Below are positions 17,534 through 26,649 of a stretch of DNA of 64,000 nt, piece by piece. Positions within the stretch are counted from its first letter, which is position 1. Every line of letters begins with the position of its first letter. A program made the position numbers and the translations under genes. The stretch spans positions 2,060-66,059 of the forward strand of contig CBCPNB010000019.1 in assembly GCA_965120455.1 (NCBI GenBank), in the 5' to 3' direction. The notes under the pieces were generated by a model. It saw only the letters and a list, made by a program, of their open reading frames with translations, did not search any database and was not told where the DNA came from. Source of the stretch: an uncultured Actinomycetaceae bacterium (GTDB lineage Bacteria > Actinomycetota > Actinomycetes > Actinomycetales > Actinomycetaceae).

Positions 17534-18561
17534 GAGTTTGGCGCGCACTAACACAAATACCAGCCAAACAGCGCTCAGTAGTAACGGTAGGAAATTTTGA
17601 TGGCATGCATCGCGGACACCAAAAATTGGTGCGGTTAGCGGTACAACGAGCCAAACAATTGGCGGTGGACTCGGTGGCTCTCACCTTCGATCCGCATCCG
17701 CGACGTGTGCACTATCCGCAGCGCAAGACGTACATGATTATGACCCTGCAGCAGCGTTTAGAGGCTTTGATGGCTGCAGGGATGGAGGCAACTTTAGTGG
17801 CTCAATACGACCGGGAGCTCTATTCTTTGCCGCCCACAGATTTTGTGCAGCAATATTTGGTGGATTCACTAGGTGCCGTGGAAGTGATTGTCGGCCAGGA
17901 TTTCAAATTTGGGCGAGACAATCTAGGAAATGTAGACACTTTGCGTGAATTGGGCGAAAAATTTGGGTTCACTGTTTCCGCTGTCTCTGACATTGTCGAT
18001 GCAACCGGGAGAAGATGGTCGTCTTCGTGGGTGCGGGAAAGCCTAGAGGTAGGGGATGTGGAGCAGGCAGCCCAAATATTGGGGAGAGCTCCCAGAATCA
18101 CCGGTGTGGTACTGCACGGAAATAAGCGGGGGCGAGTTTTAGGGTTTCCTACTGCAAACTTGTTGGCTGACGGCGACGTGCAATCCCCAGGAGATGGAGT
18201 TTATGCTGGTTGGCTGGTCCTGGATGTGCAGACACAGGCAGATCCAACTGCGTACTCCGCAGAGGTAGAGAGCGTTGAGGCTGCTGAAACTTACTTGCCA
18301 GCGGCGATTTCAGTCGGGACTAACCCGCAATTTGGCGATCAGATGCGCACGGTGGAGGCGCACGTGTTGGGACGCGGCGACTTGAATCTGTACGGTCGTC
18401 AAGTGACGGTGGTGTTTGTGCGCCGTCTGCGCGACATGTTGAAGTTCGCTAACGTCGAACAATTGAAGGCTCAAATGGACGAGGATTTGTTGAATACTGC
18501 GCTGGCTCTAGGGGTCAGGCCTGCTGGGCGAGTCAATCCAGACTCGGTGACCGCAGTGTAA
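17530..18561 (+). CDS. ribF: Bifunctional riboflavin kinase / FMN adenylyltransferase
   Basis: It has the GNFDGMHRGHQ nucleotidyltransferase motif and a C-terminal riboflavin kinase region (GFPTANL, PAAISVGTNPQF). Confidence 0.93.
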   Translation: MRVWRALTQIPAKQRSVVTVGNFDGMHRGHQKLVRLAVQRAKQLAVDSVALTFDPHPRRVHYPQRKTYMIMTLQQRLEALMAAGMEATLVAQYDRELYSLPPTDFVQQYLVDSLGAVEVIVGQDFKFGRDNLGNVDTLRELGEKFGFTVSAVSDIVDATGRRWSSSWVRESLEVGDVEQAAQILGRAPRITGVVLHGNKRGRVLGFPTANLLADGDVQSPGDGVYAGWLVLDVQTQADPTAYSAEVESVEAAETYLPAAISVGTNPQFGDQMRTVEAHVLGRGDLNLYGRQVTVVFVRRLRDMLKFANVEQLKAQMDEDLLNTALALGVRPAGRVNPDSVTAV

Positions 18562-18770
18562 CGATGTAGGGGTGTTTACCTGCACGGGTTCAGTAGGTGA
18601 GGTGATTATTCCCTTAGGTGCGCTATTTCACCGCCGTTTTTCTGCGCACATCCTAAGAAATTCGCTTGTAACCGTGCTATTGTCAGTGTTGCCGTATTTC
18701 GGCCACGGCTTTGTCATGCCCGGATGGATCGGCTCCGGCGCTCTGTGCAACGACAGGAACAGGAGATCTA

Positions 18771-19040
18771 ATGCCGCTGAGTAAGGAAGTAAAAGATAGA
18801 ATTATCGCTGAATACGCGACTCACCCAGGGGACACTGGTTCTCCTGAAGTCCAGGTGGCTTTGCTGACCCAACGAATTAAGGACTTGACTGAGCATTTTA
18901 AAACGCACCACCACGACCACCATTCGCGGCGGGGTTTGTTGTTGCTGGTTGGTCGTCGGCGCAATTTGCTGAAGTATTTGGCTTCAATTGATATCGATCG
19001 ATATCGTTCGTTGATTGAGCGATTGGGTTTGCGTCGATAG
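18771..19040 (+). CDS. rpsO: 30S ribosomal protein S15
   Basis: [62 protein letters not shown] precedes ATG 18771. The longer track ORF starting at 18711 is unlikely. Confidence 0.95.
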   Translation: MPLSKEVKDRIIAEYATHPGDTGSPEVQVALLTQRIKDLTEHFKTHHHDHHSRRGLLLLVGRRRNLLKYLASIDIDRYRSLIERLGLRR

Positions 19041-19053
19041 GATTTTGTGGAAG

Positions 19054-19084
19054 TTCGGCCTGCTGCTTTTAGTGGTAGGCCGAA
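19054..19084 (+). terminator. Stem-loop 14 nt after rpsO (8-bp stem TTCGGCCT/AGGCCGAA), possible attenuator or processing hairpin
   Basis: The stem pairs 19054-19061 with 19077-19084 around a 15-nt loop. The U-tail is weak (ATTGTG). Confidence 0.4.
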
Positions 19085-19344
19085 ATTGTGACTTGGGTCA
19101 GTCAAGGTGCATTCCGGCGCGCTGCAGGATTACGTCGGGGTGAGGCTACTTGGCGCTGGATAGTAACCAATAGCTGCCCAGAGTGTGGCTATGTTGGTCG
19201 GCTTGGTGTTTAACTTTTGGCGCGGTTTTCGACAGTGATTCTCGCAGTTTCCAGATGGGATAGTTGGGTTGCGAGGATTTCGATCGAAGGCCGACGAAGT
19301 GAACACCCCGCCAGCTGTAAAGAAGAGGAAATTGGGGGATTACT

Positions 19345-21861
19345 ATGGAGGGTGAAAACATCGTCACCGCTGAAGCAATTATAGACAATGGCCGTTTTGG
19401 CAAACGCAGAGTTCGCTTTGAAACCGGCCAATTAGCTAAGCAAGCTGCAGGTTCAGCGCTGGCTTATTTGGATGAGGAAACCGTGGTTTTATCGGCCACG
19501 TGTGTTGGTAAACAACCAAAAGATCAATTTGATTTTTTCCCATTGACAGTAGACGTTGAGGAGCGCCAGTACGCAGCGGGCAGGATTCCCGGCTCGTTTT
19601 TTCGCCGTGAAGGCCGCCCCGGTACAGATGCGATTTTGGCGGCACGGCTAATTGACCGGCCCCTACGTCCAGGATTTGTCAAGGGTTTGCGCAATGAGGT
19701 TCAGGTGGTAGAAACCGTACTAGCCATCCACCCAGACTATGCTTACGACGTATTAGCTATCAATGCCGCCTCTATGTCCACTCAAATCGCTGGTCTGCCT
19801 TTTACTGGCCCAATTGGGGGCACGCGTCTAGCGCTGATCGACGGCCAATGGGTGGCTTTCCCGCGCTGGTCCGAAATGGAGCGCTCAGTTTTCAACATGG
19901 TGGTGGCTGGTCGAATTGTCCAAAAAGAAGATGGTACGGACGACGTGGCCATCATGATGGTTGAAGCGGGCGGCGGCGATAACGAGTGGGAGCTAATTCA
20001 ACAGGGCGCGACTAAGCCTACTGAGGAAGTAGTGGCCGACGGCTTAGAGGCCGCTAAACCCTTTATTCGCGCGCTCTGTGAAGCCCAAATCCAGGTGGCG
20101 CAAAAAGCTGCCAAAGAAACAGCGGAGTTTCCTCTCTTCTTTGACTACACGGATGAAGAATTCGCGGCCGTGCAAAATGCGGTGGCTGGGAAACTAGAAG
20201 CTGCTTTGCGCACTGAAGGAAGACAAAAGCGCGATGAAGCAGTTGAGGCTGTGCGCGAAGCCATGCTCGAAGAGCTAGCCGAACAATTCCCTGAATCGGA
20301 AAAAGCCCTCAAAGCTGCTTTCCGCTCCATTGAAAAAGAAACTATTCGCCAACGTACGTTGCGCGAAGGCATTCGTTTGGATGGGCGCAAACCTACCGAA
20401 ATTCGCTCACTGTTGTGCGAGGTGGAAGTGCTGCCGCGCGTACATGGTTCGGCCCTATTCCAACGCGGCGAAACCCAGATTTTGGGGGTAACCACTCTGG
20501 CTATGCTGCGCATGGAACAACAAGTGGATAATCTGAGCCCGCAAATGTCCAAGCGCTACATGCACCAATACAATTTTCCGCCGTTTTCAACCGGTGAAGT
20601 GGGTCGCGTGGGTTCACCCAAGCGGCGCGAAATTGGTCACGGTGATTTAGCGGAGCGAGCCTTGCGTCCAGTGATTCCTAGCCGCGAGGACTTTCCCTAC
20701 GCGATTCGCCAGGTTTCAGAGGCGCTGGGTTCAAATGGTTCTACTTCAATGGGGTCGGTGTGTGCTTCCACCATGTCCTTGCTGCAAGCGGGTGTGCCTT
20801 TACGGGCTCCAGTGGCTGGTATCGCCATGGGGTTGATGACCGGTGAAGTCGACGGACAGTCGCGTTCGGTGACTTTAACTGACATTTTGGGTGCAGAAGA
20901 TGGTTTTGGCGACATGGACTTCAAAGTGGCTGGAACCGCAGATTTTATTACCGCTTTGCAGTTGGACACGAAGTTAGATGGGATTGACTCTCAGGTTTTG
21001 CGGGCGGCTTTGGCACAAGCCCGGGAAGCGCGCCTACACATTTTGAACTACATGACGCAGGCAATCAGTGAGCCTGATGAGATCAGCGCATATGCTCCGC
21101 GTATTTCTACCGTGCAAATCCCGGTTGACAAAATCGGTGAGGTCATTGGCCCCAAAGGCAAGATGATCAACCAGATTCAAGAAGACACTGGCGCGGACAT
21201 CACCATCGAGGATGACGGCACGGTTTACGTGGCTGCAACTAGTGGCTCATCTGCGGAAGCTGCCCGGACGATGATCAATCAGATAGCGAACCCGCAGCTG
21301 CCTGAGATCGGTGAGCGTTTTGTGGGCACAGTGGTCAAGACGACCTCATTTGGCGCCTTCGTGTCTTTGCTGCCAGGAAGAGATGGTTTGCTGCACATTT
21401 CCCAGGTGCGTCGCCTAATTGGGGGTCGCCGGGTGGAATCAGTTGAGGACGTTTTACACGTTGGCCAACAAGTTGAAGTGGAGATTGCTGAAATTGACGA
21501 TCGCGGCAAGTTGTCCTTGCACGCTGTGGTCGATGAAGCCACCGAAGCGGCAGTTTTGCAAAGCGAACAAGAAGCGCGGGAGCGACGCAGTCGCGGACAT
21601 CGCAGTCGTGGTGACTTTAGGTCCTGGAATGAGGACGGCGAGCCTAGGCACTATCGCAGTAGTGGTCAAAACGGTGAGCGCATCGAGCGGATAGAACACG
21701 CTCCGAATAGGAGTCTTCACGAGAGTGACTCCAGTGAGCGCGGGGTGGAGCGCCGTCGCACGCGTTTTCGTCGTCGTCGCAATGATGGAGACGCGCCTGC
21801 AGCTGGTTTTAGTGGTGAACCGTCGACTGCAGCTGCTTCGCTGTTGACTGACGGAGAATAG
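19345..21861 (+). CDS. pnp: Polyribonucleotide nucleotidyltransferase (PNPase) with Arg-rich C-terminal tail
   Basis: It has two RNase PH domains ([16 protein letters not shown]), KH ([10 protein letters not shown]) and S1 ([13 protein letters not shown]) domains. It is 838 aa long. Confidence 0.97.
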   Translation: MEGENIVTAEAIIDNGRFGKRRVRFETGQLAKQAAGSALAYLDEETVVLSATCVGKQPKDQFDFFPLTVDVEERQYAAGRIPGSFFRREGRPGTDAILAARLIDRPLRPGFVKGLRNEVQVVETVLAIHPDYAYDVLAINAASMSTQIAGLPFTGPIGGTRLALIDGQWVAFPRWSEMERSVFNMVVAGRIVQKEDGTDDVAIMMVEAGGGDNEWELIQQGATKPTEEVVADGLEAAKPFIRALCEAQIQVAQKAAKETAEFPLFFDYTDEEFAAVQNAVAGKLEAALRTEGRQKRDEAVEAVREAMLEELAEQFPESEKALKAAFRSIEKETIRQRTLREGIRLDGRKPTEIRSLLCEVEVLPRVHGSALFQRGETQILGVTTLAMLRMEQQVDNLSPQMSKRYMHQYNFPPFSTGEVGRVGSPKRREIGHGDLAERALRPVIPSREDFPYAIRQVSEALGSNGSTSMGSVCASTMSLLQAGVPLRAPVAGIAMGLMTGEVDGQSRSVTLTDILGAEDGFGDMDFKVAGTADFITALQLDTKLDGIDSQVLRAALAQAREARLHILNYMTQAISEPDEISAYAPRISTVQIPVDKIGEVIGPKGKMINQIQEDTGADITIEDDGTVYVAATSGSSAEAARTMINQIANPQLPEIGERFVGTVVKTTSFGAFVSLLPGRDGLLHISQVRRLIGGRRVESVEDVLHVGQQVEVEIAEIDDRGKLSLHAVVDEATEAAVLQSEQEARERRSRGHRSRGDFRSWNEDGEPRHYRSSGQNGERIERIEHAPNRSLHESDSSERGVERRRTRFRRRRNDGDAPAAGFSGEPSTAAASLLTDGE

Positions 21862-21910
21862 TGATAGTTGGGGCGAGCAAATTGTGCGCGCCCCAATTTA
21901 GGGAGCGCAG

Positions 21911-23260
21911 TTGATGGATTTAACGCCAATTGATTTGCCCTTGACCGATTTAGGTGACACCACCTGGGCCGCTAAGTACATTGATGGCGACTTGGAAATG
22001 CGTCGGTCAATCTTACCTGGAGGCGTGCGGGTTTTAACCCAGTTTGTGCCAGGGACTCTTGCAGTGGCCATGGGGTTTTGGGTGCCGACGGGCTCTCGCG
22101 ACGAAACGGCACAGATTTCTGGTGCTTCGCATTTTTTAGAACACTTATTGTTCAAGGGCACGGCTCGGCGGTCAGCTTTGCAGATTGCTAGCTCCTTTGA
22201 CGAAGTTGGCGGTGATTCTAATGCGGCTACGGGACGCGAAAGCACGTTTTTTTGGGCGCAAGTTCTAGACACTGATGCACCTATGGCGTTAGAGACTCTT
22301 ACTGACATGGTCACTAGCTCCTTGTTGCAGGATGCGGATGTGGAAACTGAGCGGGGAGTCATTCTCGACGAACTAGCGATGAGCGATGATTCTCCGTCTG
22401 AAGTCGGACACGAAGCTTTCCAGCTGCTAGTGCATGGCGACAATGGCTTGGGACGCCCAATTGGGGGAACAATCGAGTCGGTTAGCAATTTGTCTGCGCC
22501 AACAATTCGCGAAATTTATCGCACTAAATATCGGTCAAACACGCTGATTTTCACGGCGGCCGGAAATGTCGAACATGAAGTGATTTGTCGGCAACTATTG
22601 CAAGAGTTACGAGCAGCTAACTGGGAGTTAGCTGAAGGCACACTGCCCGAGCAGCGCCGCGACAAATACAGTGAGTATTCTCAGCCCGGTCAAGCCAAAG
22701 AACAGGTTTTGAATCGTCCCGGCGAGCAGGCACACGTATTTGTGGGAGGAAAATGGTTTGAGTCCTTACATCCCCACTCTTCCGCTAATACGGTGTTTTC
22801 AACCATTTTGGGCGGGGGAATGTCCTCCCGACTATTTCAAGAAGTACGCGAAAAACGAGGTTTGGCGTATACTACCTACTCGTTTTCGTCAGCTTACGCG
22901 GATACGGGTACTTTTGGCATGTATGCCGGGTGTGCTCCCAAAAATGCGGATCAGGTGCGAGACATTTTGTGGCGAGAAGTCCACCGTATGGCCAGCGAGG
23001 GGATTAGCGACAACGAACTCAAACGCAGTCAAGGCCAGTTGATTGGCTCAATGTTTTTGGGGATGGAAAACTCGGAAGCTAGAATGCGGCGCTTGGGCTA
23101 CGCGGAGCTAAACGGTAAGTTCATTCCTTCCGACGTGGCGGCAGCGCGTACCCAAAATGTCACTAAAGAGGATGTGCAACAGCTGGCTCAACGCTTAGTG
23201 GAAACTGCTCCCGTAGAAGTCATGGTGTTGCCCAAAGGATCCAAGGGCGCTGATGAATGA
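21911..23260 (+). CDS. M16 family zinc peptidase (pitrilysin-like)
   Basis: The HFLEH (HxxEH) zinc motif is present in SGASHFLEHLLFKGT. It occupies the conserved position after pnp. Confidence 0.9.
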   Translation: MMDLTPIDLPLTDLGDTTWAAKYIDGDLEMRRSILPGGVRVLTQFVPGTLAVAMGFWVPTGSRDETAQISGASHFLEHLLFKGTARRSALQIASSFDEVGGDSNAATGRESTFFWAQVLDTDAPMALETLTDMVTSSLLQDADVETERGVILDELAMSDDSPSEVGHEAFQLLVHGDNGLGRPIGGTIESVSNLSAPTIREIYRTKYRSNTLIFTAAGNVEHEVICRQLLQELRAANWELAEGTLPEQRRDKYSEYSQPGQAKEQVLNRPGEQAHVFVGGKWFESLHPHSSANTVFSTILGGGMSSRLFQEVREKRGLAYTTYSFSSAYADTGTFGMYAGCAPKNADQVRDILWREVHRMASEGISDNELKRSQGQLIGSMFLGMENSEARMRRLGYAELNGKFIPSDVAAARTQNVTKEDVQQLAQRLVETAPVEVMVLPKGSKGADE

Positions 23261-23843
23261 GTCAGCGGCAGCTGCCAACAGGTGGGTCGATGCTGCTTCA
23301 CCGGCCGATGTGGGGATGGTGGCCTCTTGGCAAATCGACTTATTGCGGGGATCAATTCTACAGGCGGCTCCGCCAAATTGTGAAGCTGCAATCAACAAAG
23401 TGCTGAGTCGACTCGATTTGCAGCAAATCCAGGATCAGTTTTTTCGACAGATCCGTGCTAGTCGCCCTGATTGGGCAGTGTTTTGTGCGCGGGATGCCAA
23501 AGTGGTAGAGCCGTGCGGGTTTGTGCTCTTTGGCCCTGCTGAACCAATTGAGTTGCCGGTTAGTAAGACTGATACTCAGATATTGCCTTCGGGGATTGAG
23601 ATAGCTTCTCTCATGGTGGAGGCCAAGTATCGCGGTTTAGGACATGGGTCACGTCTGTTAGAGGCTACGGTTAAACGAGCTAAGTCGCTCAATTTAGCAA
23701 ATATTCGTTGTTGGATTTCGGCGGATAATCAGGGAGCGCAACAGTTTTTCTCGGGAGCGGGTTTTGCTCCAGCGGGCAAACGTCGCCAGCTGGATATGGG
23801 GGAAATAAACTATTTAGAGCACTTGTGGTACACCCGACTATAA
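23253..23843 (+). CDS. GNAT family N-acetyltransferase
   Basis: The acetyl-CoA-binding motif A is YRGLGHGSRLLEATVKRA. The start overlaps the upstream gene's stop. Confidence 0.8.
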   Translation: MNESAAAANRWVDAASPADVGMVASWQIDLLRGSILQAAPPNCEAAINKVLSRLDLQQIQDQFFRQIRASRPDWAVFCARDAKVVEPCGFVLFGPAEPIELPVSKTDTQILPSGIEIASLMVEAKYRGLGHGSRLLEATVKRAKSLNLANIRCWISADNQGAQQFFSGAGFAPAGKRRQLDMGEINYLEHLWYTRL

Positions 23844-23896
23844 AAGTTAGAGTAAGCCAGGCGAAATTGTGTGCTTAAGGTGACAAACTGGAGATT

Positions 23897-25588
23897 ATGA
23901 CGGCGCTTTACGGAAATTTAGGGGAACCGGCTCCATTGGCTTCGACCGCGCTACGCGTGATGCCTTTGGGCGGGTTGGGTGAGGTCGGTCGCAATATGAA
24001 TGTCCTGGAATATCGGGGCAAGTTGTTGATTGTGGACTGTGGGGTGCTTTTCCCGGAGGAAACCCAGCCGGGCGTGGATTTGATCTTACCGGATTTTCAG
24101 GCCATTGCCGAGCGGATGGATGACGTGGTGGGGTTGGTGCTCACCCACGGGCACGAAGATCACATTGGTGCGGTTCCGTATTTGTTGAAACTACGGGAAG
24201 ATATTCCTATTTATGGGTCTGAGTTGACTTTGGCTTTTTTGGAGCCAAAACTGGCTGAACACCGGTTGTCGGCCGCCAATTTTCAGCAGGTACGTGAGGG
24301 AGCGCGCTTGCAGTTAGGCGACTTTGACTTGGAATTTGTCTCAGTTACGCATTCCATTCCCGACGCTTTGGCTTTATTTGTGCGCACTGGGGCGGGCAAT
24401 GTGTTGATTACAGGCGATTTCAAAATGGATCAGCTGCCTTTGGATCGGCGGTTGACGGATTTACCGGCTTTTGCTCGTTTTGGTGAAGAGGGTGTGGACT
24501 TATTTTTGGTGGACTCCACTAATGCGGAAGTTCCCGGGTTTGTGACTTCGGAGAGCGAGTTGCGTCCGGTGATTCAGTCGGTGATTGATTCAACTGAGGG
24601 CGCAGTGGTAGTGGCTTCTTTCGCCTCGCACGTGCATCGAGTACAACAGGTAGCCCAAGCGGCCAAAGCCACAGGGAGAAGAGTGGCTTTGGTGGGGCGC
24701 TCAATGGAGCGCAATATGCGGATTGCGATTGAACGCGGGTTCTTGGTTGATCCAGGTGAGGTATTTTGTCCACTGGAGCAAGTGCGCCAACTACCGCGTC
24801 ACGAACAGGTGTACATGGTGACGGGTTCTCAAGGTGAGCCGATGGCAGCTTTGGGGCGGATTTCTCAGGGAACTCACGCACAACTGGAGGTGGGTCCGCA
24901 GGATACGGTAATTTTTGCTTCCTCGTTGATTCCAGGAAATGAAAACTCGGTGTTTCGGGTGATCAACGATTTGACGAAGCTGGGAGCCAAAGTAGTACAT
25001 CAGGGCAATGCGAAGGTGCATGTGTCCGGGCATGCGGCTGCAGGCGAGTTGATTTACTGTTACAACATTGTCAGACCCAAGAACGTGATGCCGGTGCACG
25101 GGGAAATTCGGCATTTGGTGGCCAACGGCCAGTTGGCGGTGAAAACCGGGGTGGATCCACAAAACGTGGTGTTGGCTGAGGACGGTGTGTGTGTGGATTT
25201 GCTAGATGGGCGGGCACAGGTTTCTGGAGCAGTGCCTTGTGAGTTGGTGTTTGTAGACGGCAAATCGGTGGGTGAAATCAGTGAGAGCGAGTTGGAGGCG
25301 CGCCGGATTTTAGGTGCTGAGGGATTTGTCTCCATTTTTGCGGTTGTGGGCAAGGAAAGCGGTCAAGTACTGACACCACCGGTGATTCGCGCAATTGGTT
25401 TAGCCGAGGATAGTGCGGTCTTTGACGGTCTGCTACCAGTTTTGCGGGAGGCTTTGGAGAAGGCGGCGGCTCCTGGAAATGTGCCGGTGGCGAATTTGCA
25501 GCAGGTGTTGCGCCGCGAAGTGGGTCGGTTTGCTGGACGAGTTTTGCGGCGGCGTCCAATGGTTGTGCCGGTTGTGGTCGTGCAATGA
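23897..25588 (+). CDS. rnj: Ribonuclease J
   Basis: It has the beta-lactamase/beta-CASP fold motif LTHGHEDHIG plus VSGHA. It is 563 aa long. Confidence 0.95.
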   Translation: MTALYGNLGEPAPLASTALRVMPLGGLGEVGRNMNVLEYRGKLLIVDCGVLFPEETQPGVDLILPDFQAIAERMDDVVGLVLTHGHEDHIGAVPYLLKLREDIPIYGSELTLAFLEPKLAEHRLSAANFQQVREGARLQLGDFDLEFVSVTHSIPDALALFVRTGAGNVLITGDFKMDQLPLDRRLTDLPAFARFGEEGVDLFLVDSTNAEVPGFVTSESELRPVIQSVIDSTEGAVVVASFASHVHRVQQVAQAAKATGRRVALVGRSMERNMRIAIERGFLVDPGEVFCPLEQVRQLPRHEQVYMVTGSQGEPMAALGRISQGTHAQLEVGPQDTVIFASSLIPGNENSVFRVINDLTKLGAKVVHQGNAKVHVSGHAAAGELIYCYNIVRPKNVMPVHGEIRHLVANGQLAVKTGVDPQNVVLAEDGVCVDLLDGRAQVSGAVPCELVFVDGKSVGEISESELEARRILGAEGFVSIFAVVGKESGQVLTPPVIRAIGLAEDSAVFDGLLPVLREALEKAAAPGNVPVANLQQVLRREVGRFAGRVLRRRPMVVPVVVVQ

Positions 25589-26649
25589 CGCTGTTTTTTG
25601 AGGGGTTGGCCAAGCGTTTAGCGGGTCGAAGTCGTGCTGGTAAATCTTTGGATCCGCTGGCGGCGGCGGAGTCTCGGGGCGAACGCAAAGTGGGGTCGGT
25701 GTCGCTGATTCCTGGAGTGGGTCGGTTTATTTCGACAGCTTCAATGGTGTTGTCTGTGAGTTTGTACGTGCCGCAATTACCTGAAAGAGACTCGGCGATT
25801 CGCGCCCAGATGGCTTTGGCTTCCCCGGGGGGCAGTTACACCACGCTTTTGTGTGTGCGCTCTCAAGGAGTGGAAGCGTGTTTGGCAGCTCCTCTGGGAA
25901 CTGGACCTAATTCTTTTACAGTGCGTAGGCAGCTGCTGCAAGATGATATCCACACGCTAACTGAGGGGCTGGTTGGCGACATTGGTGTTTCATTGGTGAT
26001 GGTGGAAAACGAAGGATTTACTACCACCGTGTTGTCGGCGGGGGTGGAGGCGGATCCAACTTTGGCCAGTTTGGAAAAGATTGAGCTGCATCCTGGCGAC
26101 ATGGTGCATGTGTCGGGTGCGGATTTGTCTGTGCCAACGGCGGCACAGGTTCTCACGCAATGGTGTGAGTCTTTGCCTGACTACGTCAAGTTGGTGGTGT
26201 CGGTTTCTCCTGCCGTGGAGGAGGTTCGGGCTGAAGTGTGGCCCGCGATTTTGCGTCGCACTGATTTGATTAGTATGAATATTCGTGAGTCAGCGATTTT
26301 GACGCAGGTTTTGAACGCCAATTCTCCGGGAACCGCGCTCAGGCACGTGTTGAAGCCAGAGGCGCAGGTGGTGCGTCGCTTGGGGGTGCGCGGCTGTGAA
26401 ATTCAGGAGAATTTGGGTGCGCCAACTGTGACGATTCCAGCTTACCGGGCTAAACGTGGGGACACGACGGGGGTGGGGGATACTCACGTGGCTACTATGT
26501 GCGCGCGACTGTTGCTAGGAGATGACTTGCATACGGCTTGTACTATGGCGAATGCGGCGGCAGCGTTGATGTTGTCGCGGGACTCGATTTTGTATGCACC
26601 TACTCAAGAGCAGATTTTAGAGACCATGGAGCGGGGTGCTGTGGCTTGA
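25585..26649 (+). CDS. PfkB-family carbohydrate/nucleoside kinase
   Basis: The C-terminal signature is GDTTGVGDTHVATMCARLLLG (DTxGAGD-type). It overlaps rnj (ATGA) and ftsK (TGATG). The exact start is uncertain. Confidence 0.75.
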   Translation: MTLFFEGLAKRLAGRSRAGKSLDPLAAAESRGERKVGSVSLIPGVGRFISTASMVLSVSLYVPQLPERDSAIRAQMALASPGGSYTTLLCVRSQGVEACLAAPLGTGPNSFTVRRQLLQDDIHTLTEGLVGDIGVSLVMVENEGFTTTVLSAGVEADPTLASLEKIELHPGDMVHVSGADLSVPTAAQVLTQWCESLPDYVKLVVSVSPAVEEVRAEVWPAILRRTDLISMNIRESAILTQVLNANSPGTALRHVLKPEAQVVRRLGVRGCEIQENLGAPTVTIPAYRAKRGDTTGVGDTHVATMCARLLLGDDLHTACTMANAAAALMLSRDSILYAPTQEQILETMERGAVA

